Assembly: GCF_009914755.1 (NCBI RefSeq)
Contig: NC_060929.1
From: the human T2T-CHM13v2.0 reference genome, Homo sapiens
Direction: 5' to 3' (one strand)
DNA: 64,000 bases
In this document: positions 24,855 to 38,334 of the stretch, piece by piece
Numbering within the stretch: position 1 is the stretch's first letter
Layout of the letters: every line of letters starts with the position of its first letter
The notes under the pieces: model-generated
Told to the model about the DNA's origin: nothing
What the model saw: the letters and a program-made list of their open reading frames with translations, nothing else
Database searches by the model: none
Program-made: the position numbers and the translations under genes

Positions 24855-25700
24855 TTCATAAATTAATTCAAATATTTATTAACTATTAGTCATTAGTTGG
24901 TGTGACTAGAACTGTGAATATGATAGTCCCTGCCATTGAGGATATTACTGTCTGGTGAGGGACACAGACTAATGAAGACACATACATTGTAATATAATGC
25001 AATAGGAATTAAGATAAGGATAACATCTAAGAAGTGCACCTATTTTTTTTTTAAGAGACAGGATCTCACTGTGTTGCCCAGGCTGGAGTGTAGTGGTGTG
25101 ATCACGGCTCACAGCAGCCTTGACCTCCTGAGCTCAAGTGATCCCCCATCCCCCGAACCTCTTGAGTAGCTAGGACTACAGGTATACACCACTGCACCCA
25201 AATAGTTTTTATTTATGTAAAGACAGGGTCTCAACTATGTTGCCCAAGCTGGTCTGGAACACTGGGGTTCAAACAATCCTCTTGCCTTGGCCTCCCAAAG
25301 TGCTGGGATTACAAGTGTGAGCCACTGTACTTGGGAAGAAGTGCATCTAAATGGAATTTAGAGAAATTAGGGGAAGCATCGTGGAGAAAGCATTCCAAAC
25401 CCAGTGTTAAAAGACAAATGAGAGTCAGCCTGGCCAAAGGGCAAAGGATGGGGAGGAAAGAATGCCAGGGGTGGGGGACAACTCATATGAAGACTCATAG
25501 AACATGGTACATTTGGGGACCAACAGAGATTTCAATGAGACGGAAGCATGGAGTGCCAGGGCTGGGCAAAGGAAGGACACATGTTCAGAATATATTAGAG
25601 AAGTAAACTTGAGGTTCATGAGGAAGGTCTTTGTGCATGATAGGAAGAGGATGCATCAAAGATTTTAAGGAAAGAAGCTACGATTATAATTTAAGCACAT
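24855..25700 (-). mobile_element. L2 fragment interrupted by an AluJ
   Basis: 'aattcaaatatttatt...agtccctgccattgaggatattactgtctggtgaggg' and the downstream purine-rich L2 body. Confidence 0.55.
25043..25334 (-). mobile_element. AluJ
   Basis: Dimeric reverse Alu with J-type 'gatcacggctcacagcagccttgacctcctgagctcaag'; TSD aagaagtgcaccta / aagaagtgcatcta. Confidence 0.92.
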
Positions 25701-25939
25701 TTTACTCTAGCCCTGCTGTGTTTCATGTACTTCTCACATTCCATGATCACTATTTATCCATCTGCTTCCATTTCTATCCTGAGATCCTTAAAACAAGGGC
25801 TCCTATGTTTCTCTTTGTATCACCAGTACCCCAATGCAGTGTCTGCTACATACTTGATGCTTAATACTTATTTTAATGAATAATGTCTGTGGGAATCCTT
25901 TGTAGATTTGAGGGAACTCAGTCTGCTGAGGACATACTA

Positions 25940-26092
25940 CCAGGGAGTATCCTTAACCTAGATTCCTTGGACCTCTTGAAAATACTTGGAAAAATGTGGG
26001 TGCGAATATGTGCATTGGTTTTAGGAGTGAGATATTATCATTTTCATCAGATTCTCAAAGGAACCTAAGACCTCACAATGATTGCAAAGCAC
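25940..26092. mobile_element. MER103-like hAT fragment (similar opposite-strand piece at about 2355-2520)
   Basis: 'ttttcatcagattctcaaaggaacc' resembles my recollection of MER103C. Confidence 0.4.
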
Positions 26093-26589
26093 AATAAATG
26101 GGGATCCTTGGGAAATGTAGTTTGGGAGCCCTCTCTAGCTAGAAAAGACTTCTCAGAGGTGAAATGCTAAATGGTGGTTCTCACCAAAGGTAGAAAAATG
26201 AATAGGTGAAATGTTGATGTGACCTAACTTTTTCCAAGTGAAAGAGGTGTACAAGTGATAAAAGAGAACAGCTCTGTGGTGACAAGATAATGTTTGCAAG
26301 AAAAGAGAAAAGAATCTTGGAGATGATGGGCAATTTCCCTTATGTCTCCTAAGTTACTAAGAGCACCTGATAGTTAACCCAGTCTTTAAAGAAGAGTGCT
26401 CCAGGTAGAGGTGTAAATAAGGAGCTTTGAAACCACCATGGGAAGAGGCTGTTGTAAATGAAGGGCTCTTGGAGTCAGAGAACTCAAAGAAAAAGTTGTT
26501 ACCTCTGGAAGAAAAAGGTCTTATGGAAGCTACCTCCCTCTTTCTTTTCCACAAATTTGGATCTGCCAAATTAATATTTTAAAATGAGA

Positions 26590-26590
<1 letters not shown>

Positions 26591-26642
<52 letters not shown>
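26591..26642. repeat. (CA)26 microsatellite
   Basis: Uninterrupted CA run. Confidence 0.98.
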
Positions 26643-26644
<2 letters not shown>

Positions 26645-26858
26645 TAAAAGTTCTTGATGGATGCCATTAAAATATATAGGGTAATTCCATCTCAGTGCTG
26701 AAAACCTGATGATTTTTACTCACACTGTCTGATTATTTTTTCACAATGAGCATATTTTTTCACAGATGAACATGAAAAAAAATTCCATTTTGAAAAAATG
26801 ATGGTAGGATAATAATGCAAAAATTAGTGTTCTAAAAGAAAGAAGATCATAGGAGGGC

Positions 26859-27198
<340 letters not shown>

Positions 27199-28671
27199 GT
27201 TGATAAGGATGGAGCACATGCAGTAAGGAAGGTTCTTGTCTAGCAGGCAACCCCCCTTTCTCCATGTACATATGTGCCTTGGACACTAAGAGAGTACAGG
27301 ACAGAGATGAGCTTAATACAGTGTCTTAACCTAATGAAACTGATTTTTTTCACCTTCTAAAACATTTTCTTATACATTAAAAATGTACTTATAATCTGAA
27401 GTTGGACATGTTGGTGTCAGGGGAAGGTATAAATTATGAACTGACAGTGCTGCATATTCATAAAAATCCCGCCTTTCTAGGAGTGGAGGGTGAAACACTC
27501 CCGGTGTCCTTGTAGATGGCATGCTTCTTGGACACCTAAGGATTTTTCTACTCTCTCACCCCTCTACAGGGCAAATGGGAATCCATAGCTAGGGGTATAA
27601 TACGAAGGGCGACCGCCTCTCGGGACGTGGGGACAGAACTCAGAGCTCCGAGAATCATGCCATCTCAAGAAGGACTGCGTCACCACCTGTCAGGTTTGTG
27701 AGAGCTGCCACTCCTGCCTGTGCTGGGAGGCCAGATTCTGATACTGACAGTACACAATTTTAGGCCACATAACTTTTAATGTAGTCTATCATGTCATATT
27801 TGATACATCCTTGAATGTCATCCTAAATTATTTTTGAAGCAGAGTACAGTAAAAATATTCTGGTTCAACAAGTCTGTTTTGACAGATCGATATTAGCCTA
27901 GTATCCAAATATAAACAGGTGAACTGAATGCTGTTTCTATGCCTTTAGGTAAGAAATTATATTTGTGTTTGTGTAGGAAGACTCGTCTGGGTCTTGGGAT
28001 TTTCTTAATCGAGCCCATTAGACTATCTTCTTGTAATTATCTCAGGGGCCAATCTGTCTGTGTAATGGGCTCTGGAGGAATCAAACCTTCACGTTCTTAC
28101 AAAGGAAAATGTTATGTATGTGTCAGAAAAAAATGTTTTGAAGAATTACTGGCTAACCATCTCAACAGCCGCCGGGGGGAACTTTGCTGTGATACTGCAG
28201 GAAATTGTTGGATTTGAGACTATATTGCTCCAAAGGGTATTTCTTTTTTTGTGGGCTTTTTAATAAATCTAAAATGCGCATGAAGCCTCTGATGCAGGGG
28301 ACTCCACACCAACTGCCTCCTTACTGTATGAAAGGATACCAAAATCTTACCGTTGGAGAGACTGCCAACACTCTGGATGGCTAGGGTTTAACTAATGACT
28401 AGCTATGCTGCTTCACTGAATTGGGCTGGCCAGTTGTTCTGGATCCTTTTACCTGAAACATTAATGTCTGAATATGGTGGCTATGTCCAACAGTTCATTA
28501 TTACTTGAAGATATTCACACTATGCATTGATATTCTGATTTCTTCACCTCCCTACTTTTTTCTGTTTTTGCGAATTTTTAATTCTCTGCAGGGTAGAGAA
28601 TAGATTTATAGTATAAAGGAAACTATGAAAAGCTAAGAAATAATGAAGATATAATAATAAATGATAATAAT

Positions 28672-29137
28672 TATTATGGGTTGAATTGTGCCCTCCCAAA
28701 ATTTATATGAAGTTTTAACCCCCAATATCTCGGAATGTGACTTTATTTGGAAATAAGAGTCATTGCAGAAGTAGTTGCGATGAGGTCATTAGGGTGGGTC
28801 CTAATTCAATATGACTAGTGTCCTTATAAAAAGGGGAAACTGAAACACAGAGATGGGTATGCACACAGGGAGAATAGCACATGAAGGCGATGAAGGCGAA
28901 GGCAGAGATGGGGTGATGCATCTGCAAGCCAAGGACTGCCAAAAATTGCCTAAAGACCACAGGAGGCTAGGAGAGGGGCCTGGAACTGTTTCTCTGTCAT
29001 AGCCTTAGAAGGAAGTAACTTTGCCAACACCTTGATCTTGGACTTTTAGCCTCCAGAACTGTGAGACAGTACAGTTCTGTTATTTACACCACCCACTTTG
29101 TGGTACTTTGCTATGGCAGCCCTAGCAAACTAATATA
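28672..29137 (+). mobile_element. Solo MLT1C-like MaLR LTR
   Basis: 'tattatgggttgaattgtg...cagccctagcaaactaatata', 466 bp; near-TSD ataat / gtaat. Confidence 0.88.
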
Positions 29138-31175
29138 GTAATACACAAACCAGGTCCTATGGTAAGCACTTTGCTTATATCATTTTACTCTCTTAACAAC
29201 AGCCTTTTGGTCTGAAGATTGTCATAAACGATTGATGGGTGGAATGGCTGGGTGGGTGGAGGAAGAATTCTTTTTCTTCCCTTTTCACCATTCAAATAGG
29301 ATTTTTCAACATATGCTGGACTGAAAGGACTTGGGCAGTGATGCTGGATTTATATATTCCCTTCATGTGTGACTTCACCAGAAATTTATAAAACTATCAT
29401 GCGAGGCTAAAGGAAGGCATCATATTCAGCACTCCCTTCACTTGTGGTACATAAAAGATATTCTTTACAAAAGAAGGAAAAGGTGAGGTGGCTGCTACTC
29501 ACCTAATGAGAAGGAATTGGGATTAAATTTAGCTTAGTGACTCTGATGGCAATTTTTACTTCTGGACTAAATGTTATGACCTTCTCCATCCCCACGTCTA
29601 ATCCAGTTCAAATTCCTTGAGCACTAAGGCTCTATATGCTTTAATTTTATTATTATTATTTCCCTTTCAGATTCAGTTTAAAACTTATTTCATTTCCCTT
29701 CCTGTCAAGTTTATTTTCCCCAAGCTTCCTTTGGAATAGGCCCTTTGCAGTATAAGAAAGAAAACAGGCACTAAACTCTAAAGGAGAAACTGTTACACCA
29801 AGTCGTAAGCTAAAATGTGCCTCAAATATGGCCACAAAATTATTGAGCAAATATTGCTGCCAATCAATCTGCCTCCATAGTGGGTGGTTTACAGCCAGGG
29901 TTACCAAGATTAAAACTAGGACCAATGATGTGCAAAAGTGGGCCCAACTGACCTTATTGATTATTTCCCACTGAGAGAGAATCACAGGTTAGCAGGCAGA
30001 AATCAATTCAACTGCATTAAGTTAAGCCAAGTGTAGATTTATTCATACCATGCCTGGAAATTATAAAGTGGCAAAAAATATTTAACTATACGTAGTATAC
30101 ATACTAACTTACAAATATATCTTTAAAGTACATAGATGCTTGCTCCTTCCTCCTTTTCATAATATTTAAAAATCTGAAATAAAATATAGAACATAAGGCT
30201 GTTCCTGCATTTCCTCCCACACCATCCCCTGCCCCCACCCTTTTAAATAAAAGAGGTTATTTGTGAATGCTCTTAACATGGCTACTTCAGCCACACCCCA
30301 GATTTCAGGATGGAGTGGCAGAGCAGATACAGATATGTCTCCGCAGCCAAAGAAGCAATGAAAGCTATTTGCTCTTGAGGAAATCATCATTTTTGGCTTT
30401 TTAGATGAAAGGAACTTGGCCCTTAGGCTTCAGTGCACCATGGGGAACACAGAATTCATTCTCTTTCCTCCTCCAGTGACAACACACAGGCTGGGACTGA
30501 AGAGAGCTTTCAGAATGAACAATGGGTGGAAAACACTGCCCTTCCAGCAGTGAGAAATGTGAAATTCCACTCCTACCCTCACATGTGTCACCAGGGAACC
30601 ATCCTGTGTGCTCCATCAGCACTGGGATATGAGCCAGGCAATCATTTGTACTCAGGGACTCAGCCTTAACCTAAAAAATCATCAGAAGAGCCTAAGAAGG
30701 GTTCCTCCTCATTCCTCATATCTGAGAAACAAAGAACAACACATTTTACTGCAAGAAATTGTTTGTGGATCTTATTGAGAATAGCTTAGAGCTTGCTTTT
30801 CCTTTAAGCAGGCTATCTACTTCTTATTCTGCCTAGCCAGCTAAGATATTTATCTCCTACTTTCATGGTCATTCACAGCCACCCAGAACTTTCAAATGCA
30901 TTGCTCAGGGCCTCTGGGGGTGGCCTGTAAACCAACAAAAATACTTTTATCAAACACACCATAGAGATCAGGCAGTTAAGAGACCAAGAGTCAAATTTAT
31001 ATTCAGTTTAGAATATAAATTGTCCATTCCCAGTTCAATGGGAAAATAGATAATTGACCAAAACCCTTTAGTTGCTCAAAGCTGGGCACTGTGGCAATAG
31101 AAGAAACCTGTGTCTTTGCAGCTCAGTGTCAGTTGTCTTGACTCATTTTCCCCCAACTCTAAAACGTGCAGAGAA

Positions 31176-31180
<5 letters not shown>

Positions 31181-31226
<46 letters not shown>
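31181..31226. repeat. (GA)23 microsatellite
   Basis: Uninterrupted GA run. Confidence 0.98.
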
Positions 31227-31232
<6 letters not shown>

Positions 31233-31693
31233 CTATAAGCATGGAATGATGTGAAGAACACTGGGTCAGCCAGTGGGCCTGAGTTCTTACCCTAGTTCTA
31301 CCACTTGGTAACCCTGTGCCCTTGAACAAGCTCTCAACTCTAAAATGTGGCAGGATTTCAATCAATATTCCAAGATTTTGAGATTTTTGGCCATAAAAAT
31401 GGGATCTAAAGAAGATCTGATTTGCAGGGTTGTTATGGAAGATCTAGAAAGAAAATAAATATATCAGCATTTTGTCAGCTGTTAAGTGAAAGACGAATGT
31501 TAGTTATTGTCATAGGGATAAGAGAAAAATCTTTAAGAACTTACTATGAGCAGCCTGGCACAATTATTAGAGTCCTCTAGATTGGTAAGTCACTGAATCT
31601 CTTTGAACTTCAGTTTCCCCACATAAACTGCTTGCCTTCTGGCATGAAGAGAAAATGAGGTAAAGAAAGTATGCTTTAAAATGATAAATTGTC

Positions 31694-32027
<334 letters not shown>

Positions 32028-33391
32028 CTAGAGAACTCATTTTGACTTTTGGCATTATGATGCACACACAGTTAGTTCTTGGCTCAATGACAGACTTTAA
32101 TTGGCTTGGCTATGAAAACCTTATAGCGCTATTATGTGCTACACCTGTGATGGCCATGCAGCGTGTTAATCAAGACAATTAGGCTGGGGACCCAGAGAAC
32201 GGCTTTCCACCACTGTGCATAATCCTCCTCACTTTGAAAGGGAAATTAACTGCTGCTTTATGGTCTCTCATATTATCTCACTTTCTTGGAGAGAGATCCC
32301 AATCAGATCCACCTTGACTAAACAACACCTATCACTGGCGCATGGGATGACACAACATCTGTATTAACTTTGACTTTGAAACAGCTTTTGGACTGGGAGT
32401 TTAAAAAAAAAAAGTCATATGTAGCAATCATTAGACAAAGCAGCCACTGGGTGACAGCCAGAATCAGAGGCCAGAAAGTTGATCTCTTTCAAGTGACATA
32501 TTCCAGAGGAGAAAGGAACAGGAGGATGAGCAGATCAATTTAGCTCTCAAAGTATTTATTCTCTAGCCTGCAAAAGGAGAACAGGGCTTCCAGGACGACT
32601 CTGTCTGCTCCTCAATTTCTCACTACAATTATAAAATCTTTTGGAATTTTCTTCCTTGCGCTACCCCTGCTATCCCCATTTCTTCTAAGAAGCATGAGAA
32701 GTATATTTTGTTGTTTGGATTTCTTTCACTCTTGGGCAAAGCTGCTTGAACTGATAATTAGTGATTTTAAAAAGCAGCACATCTAAATGGTGGCTATTCA
32801 TTAATCATAACATTCTGAGTTTACATGCATTTATCTTATTAAATGCTGTGAGATAAAAGTGCTGTAGGGATATTTAAACTCCCATTATGCAGATACCAAA
32901 ACTGAGGCTCAGGAAGGCCAACCTAACAAGTTCATATGGCGAGTCCGAATTTTCATTCGGGTCTCTTGGCTCCAAGGCTTTTCTATAACATCGTGCTGCA
33001 TATCATCTGTGGAGGAAGCATTATTCAAGGGCTAAGGACTAGGCTCAATTTATTTCTGTGGCTCCAGTACCTACAACAGTGCTTGTCACCTTCTAGGTGC
33101 TTAATGTGGAATTAAATTTTAAGAGGAGCTTCCCAAATTGCTTAATATCTTTAGAATACCAGGAAAAAAAAGGTCCAGTACCCCATTCCTAATCATCCTC
33201 TGCTATCGCTGAGTCAGAAAAAATGGCTCTTGTCTCCCAATGGTAGGCAGTTTAGCTGTGAGACCATCCTGGGGACATGGGTGTAGATAGAAGCAGATGG
33301 ATCATGACAACTGGAAAGATCCCAGTAGAGCAGCTTTGGGCCTTAGTCTACTTTGCTTTGCTCTGGAAGAGGCCAAAATGAACTGTTCAAC

Positions 33392-33961
33392 CTATAATTC
33401 CCAATTTATGCACCAAAGCACTCCAGGGCATCATGGCATACTCACAGGGATGCTGCAGGATATTTTAAATTTTGAGTGAACAATAGTGATATTAAACCTC
33501 TGTCAGATAATGTGAGAATGAATAGCATGAGGGAACTTACCACTTCAACATTAGTACATAGTATATTCCCCTTAATTACAAAGTATTTTTGCAAAGCTGG
33601 AGTTTTGGTAGTTAATATAATTAAAAACAAGCACTGCATCAAAATCAATGTGGAGCAGATAATGAAGGTGACAGTATTCAATCTGATTCCAAGGTTTGGG
33701 AAGTGGTACAGACTATTAGGGACACATAATTCCATTGTAAGCAATTGTAGTTAAGAATGAAATAAAATTATTTCTTCAATTTATGTTACTATGTTTCAAA
33801 CAGTTACTACATTGTTAGTGCAAACACACTTATTAAGTAGTTTGAACCTAACTACTTAGTAAACAGAACAGTTGTGAATTTTTTTTTGGCCCAAGAACAG
33901 CATGAAAAAAATTAGGACGATACGAAGGGTGATATGAACTGAGGTACTTGGGGAACCTCTG
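33392..33961 (+). mobile_element. MER113-like hAT-Charlie element retaining the transposase C-terminus
   Basis: Ends in the terminal repeat '...ttggggaacctctg'. ORF 33476-33754 contains KYFCKAGVLVVNIIKNKHCIKINVEQIMKVTVFNLIPRFGK, resembling the Charlie transposase C-terminus (YLCEAGFSAVAVIKSKYRAKINVEQEMRVAVSNLIPRFEK). Confidence 0.8.
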
Positions 33962-34044
33962 TTCTACACAAAGCATGGTTTAACCCGAGATGTTCCAGGG
34001 CTGAACCTGCCTCTGGATTCTCTATGTGGTACAGTGACAGCCAC

Positions 34045-34275
34045 AAAAGCAGCTCCCATCTACTGAGCTCTTGGCCAAACATAGGCAAGCTCTTAAGCAT
34101 TGTAACTGCATGACCTCATTTAATCTCCAGAGCACTGTGAGCATGGGTCTTTTATGATCCCCATTTAACCGATGAGTAACCTGAGGCCCCAAGAGGCTGC
34201 CCATGGTCATTTAGCTAGTAAGTGGCGTAGCAGGAATTTAAACCCATGGCTGGTTGATTTCCAAAGCTTGTACTT
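34045..34275 (-). mobile_element. MIR SINE
   Basis: 'acctcatttaatc...ccccatttaaccgatgagtaacctgaggccc...agctagtaagtggcgtagcaggaatttaaaccc'. Confidence 0.75.
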
Positions 34276-35431
34276 TTTTTTTTAGAAAAATTAAGCTTTT
34301 AATTTTGAGATTCACATGCAATTGTAAGAAATAATAGAGAGTTACTATGGAACATTCACCCAGTTCCCCCCATCACAATGGTAACATTTTGCAAAACTAT
34401 AGGACTATATCACAGCCAGGATCTGACATTGATACAGTGGAGATACAGACAATTTCCATCACTATAAAAATCTCTCCTGTTGCCCTTTCATAGCCACACC
34501 AGTTTCCCTCCAGTCCCCATCCTTTCCTTATCCCCTGGCAACCATTAATCTGTTCTCCATTTCTACAACATTCTTGAAATGATGAAATCATAAAAATGGA
34601 GAACAGATTAGTGGTCACCTGGGGTTAAGAAGAGGTACATCCAGTAGTACATAAGCTTTTGGAATTGGCTTTTTTTTCCCTCAATATTTTCTGGAGATGC
34701 ATTCAGATTGTTGATTGTATCAATAGCTCATTCCTTTTTAATTGCTGAATAGTATTCCATGGTATGGACGTACCACAGTTTGATGTGCTGTTCACACATC
34801 TAAGAACATCTGGGTTGTTTCCAGTTTTTTGGTAATTATGAATAATGCTGCTATAAACATTGTGTACAGGTTTGTATATAGGTTTTTGTGTGCACATACA
34901 TTTTTTTTATTTTTCAAAGACAAATACCCAGAGGTGCAATTCTTGGGTCATATGGTATTATAGTTTCATGTTTAGGTTTTTAAGAAATTGCCAAGTTGTT
35001 TTCCAGAATTTTTTCCCTAGAATATTCAGAAGGTACATTTTACATTCCTATCAAAAATATATGAATGATGGACTTTCTCTGCATTCCAGCACTTGTATTG
35101 CTACCATTTCATTTTAGCCACTGTGATAGATATGTATCTCATTGTGCTTTAATTTGCATTTCCTTAATGGCTGATAGTGTTAAACATCATTTGCTGTGCT
35201 TATTGGTCATCTGTCTATCGTCTTTGGTGAAATATCTCAGGTCTTTTGCCCATTTTCTAATTGCATTTTTTTAATGCTGTTTTGAGAGTTCTTTATATAT
35301 TTTGGTAACTAGTCTTTGTCCGACATGTGGTTTTCAAATATTTTCTTCCGGCCTGTAGTTTGTCATTTAATCCTCTAAACAGAATCTTTGGCTGAGCAAA
35401 TGTTTTAATTGTGATGAGGTTCAATTTATGG

Positions 35432-35595
35432 ACAGTGCATTTAGCATAAGAACTCTTTGCCTAGCCTAGATCACAGTGCATGTAGCATAAGAACTCTTTG
35501 CTTAGCCTAGATCACAGTGCATGTAGCATAAGAACTCTTTGCTTAGCCTTGATCACAGTGCATATAGCATAAGAACTCTTTGCTTAGCCTAGATC
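35432..35595. repeat. Minisatellite, 4 x 41 bp
   Basis: Unit acagtgcat(t/g/a)tagcataagaactctttgc(c/t)tagcct(a/t)gatc repeated four times head to tail. Confidence 0.97.
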
Positions 35596-35610
35596 CTGAA
35601 GATTTCCTTT

Positions 35611-35616
<6 letters not shown>

Positions 35617-35642
<26 letters not shown>

Positions 35643-35916
35643 TTTCGAGATGGAGTCTCAGTCTGTCGCCCAGGCTGGAGTGCAGTGGCTTACTGCAAGC
35701 TCCGCCTCCCAGGTTCACGCCATTGTCCTGCCTCAGCCTCCCGAGTAGCTGGGACTACAGGCGCCTGCCACCATGCCCGGCTAATTTTTTGTATTTTTAG
35801 TAGAGACGGGGTTTCACCGTGTTAGCCAGGATGGTCTCGATCTCCTGACCTCGTGATCTGCCTGCCTTGGCCTCCCAAAGTGTTGGGATTACAGGCGTGA
35901 GCCACTGCGCCTGGCC
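35617..35916 (-). mobile_element. AluY with a small internal deletion
   Basis: 'actgcaagctccgcctcccaggttcacgccatt', 'ccgtgttagccaggatggtctcgatctcctgacctcgtgatc'; TSD approximately atttccttttttt. Confidence 0.95.
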
Positions 35917-36477
35917 AATTTCCTTTTTTTTCTAAGAATTTTATAGCTTCACATTTTATATCTAAGTCTGTGATCCATTTTGAGTTCATTAAGATTAGGT
36001 TGAGATTAATTTTGTGCCTATGGGAGTTCAATTGCACCAGTGCCATTTATTGAAAGGCTGTCTTTCCTCCGTTGAATTGCTTTTGCAATTTTGTAAAAAA
36101 CAAACAAACAAACTGAGTTGAACATATTTGTGTGGGTTTGTTTTTGGATTCTTTATTCTGTTCATTGATCTATGCCTCTATCTGTCTGTTAATGTTACAC
36201 AGTCTTTCATACTATAGCCATATAATAAATCTTAAAATCAAGGAGACTGATTCTTCCCAGTTTATTATTCTTTTAAAAATGATTTTTAGCTATTTTGGTT
36301 CCTTTGGTTTTCCATATACATTTTAGAATAATCAGATCTGTATTTATAAAAATCTTGGTGGGATTTTGATAGCAATCACATTAAACCTATATATCAATTT
36401 GGGAAGAATTAACATCTTTGCCTCGTTGGGTAGACAAGTCCTATGCCTTTATAAACACTTTTTTATTTTAGGACGAA

Positions 36478-36895
36478 CTAGGGTAACAAATTCAGTTGCT
36501 CAAAAGAGGCCGCATGTATCAGGTTTAAGAACATGCAGGCTTCTTGTGATAGTAGATTGGATACAGAATATTTCTGTACTGTAAGAAAACAATAACTCAA
36601 TCAGATGTTAAATGACCAGGAACACTTGAGCTCAGCATTAGAAACATAATAAGGAATGGTGGGGATTGTGGCTTGCTGGAGGAAAGCCATGTCCCCTATG
36701 AATGGAGCAGTTGCTACCCAAGTCTTCTCATGGTTAAGAACATGGGCACAGCATTGCTATGGCTTATATATTTTCAACATAAGCCAGAAATCTATTTTTT
36801 AAAAAACCTAAAATGTTGGCACCTACTTTGAATTAACATAAAATAAAACAGTTCAAATACACACGTTGGTACGCTGGATCCAGCAGCCTCTCTGT
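36478..36895. mobile_element. MER102-like hAT element, opposite orientation to the copy at about 5.6-6.1 kb
   Basis: 'aggaatggtggggattgtggcttgctggaggaaagccatgtccc...ggagcagttgctacc'. Confidence 0.5.
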
Positions 36896-37554
36896 GGTCT
36901 CAGAATTAGAGACAACAAAGAAGGTCCCCACCCTCAGGGAACATACACTCCAGCTGGAGCAGCAGAGAGACACCACAAAGCAGCACTGTTCTGCTCTCAA
37001 CAGTAGGAGCTGAAGAGCATGCAGGGGGATCCTGAACTCTGCCCTGGGAGGTCAGGGATGGCTCCCCAAAGAAGTGGATTTACACAGCAACTCCAAGGAG
37101 AGACATTTGGAACCAAGCTGTAAGCACATTAGGAAAGAGTAAGGGATACTTTCCAGAGAATCCAAATCGTGGCATGAGGTACTCTTGAGAAGGTTAATTC
37201 AGTTGATGATTCAACATGTGCTATTTAATCCATTGCCTCCAGAGCAAACATTGATAGGATTAAATAACAGTGCAGAGCTCTACTTCCGGGCATCACAGAA
37301 CATAGCGGGGAAGAGGTCATAGAGTTCAGTGTTTCTCCAAGTGTTATGTCACCTGTTGGGAATTGCAAAGCTAAAGCTTTCCAGAGGTGAACAGTTTTCT
37401 GATGCTCTTGGAAGAAAATCAGAGCCCCTTCTAATTACTCACAAGGACCTATGTGGTCTGGCCCCTGCCTGCCTCTTTAGCCTCCTCTTCTCTCCTTATT
37501 CCTGTCTTCTTTCTGTCTTTGCAGCATATCATGACTCAAGGCCTTTGCATTTTG

Positions 37555-38315
37555 TCATTCTTTCATTTATTCTTCTGTTTATTCAAGAACTGTTGATTGA
37601 ATAGAAATAAATATTCTAGGTATTGGGAATACAACAGTGAACAAAGTCAACTCAGTTCTTACCCTCATGGAGTTTACATTCTAATGGAGGAGGAAGACAC
37701 ACATAGATAATATCCTGCCTTGTGTGATGAGTTCTATGAAGAAATATTAAACAGAGTTAAGTCATAGGGAATAATGGTGATTGCCCCCAGAGGGTGGGGG
37801 CAGGTCTTCTGGTGAACATATGAGAAGAACTTGAATGAAGTGATGGAGCACAACACAAAAGCACATGGGCTTTTCCAGAAAGAGAAAACTACAAGTGCAA
37901 AGAGCCTGACGCAGGAGCACATTTGGCCTATTTGTGGGTAGCAAGAAGGGGAGTGTGCTAGGGCAGAAGAGTGGCAGGAAATGGGGGTAGGGAGGAGGCC
38001 AGATCATGTGAAACTGCAGGCCTTGGTTAGCACTGTGGCTTTTACCCTCAGTGTAAGGAGGAGCCACAGAGACATGATTTGACTTACAGAGAACAGATGG
38101 TGGATAGAAATCTGTTACAAGTTTATTAGAAAAGTCCAAGTGAGAGATGGTGGCAGCTTGGACTAGTGTGGTAGCAGTGAGGGTGGGGAGAGGCTGATCA
38201 GCTTGAGACGCTGTCAAGGTAGAGATACTGTAGGGTTGCCTTGCACTTGCCTTGGAGTATGAGAGGAAGGAGTCAAGGATGACTCCAGGGGTTTTGTTCT
38301 GAGTGATACATTTAT
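37555..38315 (-). mobile_element. L2a fragment
   Basis: 'acaacagtgaacaaagtc...ccctcatggagtttacattctaatgg' to 'gaaggagtcaaggatgactccagggg'. It explains the 201-aa minus ORF 37762-38367 (GVILDSFLS...ATTLVQAATISHLDF, an L2 ORF2 C-terminal remnant). Confidence 0.85.
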
Positions 38316-38334
38316 TGAGATGAAAAAAAGCAGT

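Larger units (their letters stand above)
34280..36420 (-). mobile_element. Old L1M (MD-like) 3' UTR and end of ORF2, containing a VNTR and an AluY
   Basis: 'aatggtaacattttgcaaaactatag', 'tagtattccatggtatggacgtaccacagttt', 'gctttaatttgcatttcctta', 'gggattttgatagcaatcacattaaacctatatatcaatttggg'. Confidence 0.85.

Noticed and set aside
29880-29960. GLPRLKLGPMM in a plus frame, faintly like the RT motif GVPQGSxLGP
   Set aside because: Only one weak motif, with no convincing downstream ADD motif, unlike the 21.1-kb fossil. A Dfam search would settle it.
35432-35595. Regularly repeated 41-bp unit as a possible CRISPR array
   Set aside because: Units are contiguous with no unique spacers, there are no cas genes, and the DNA is primate. 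It is a minisatellite.
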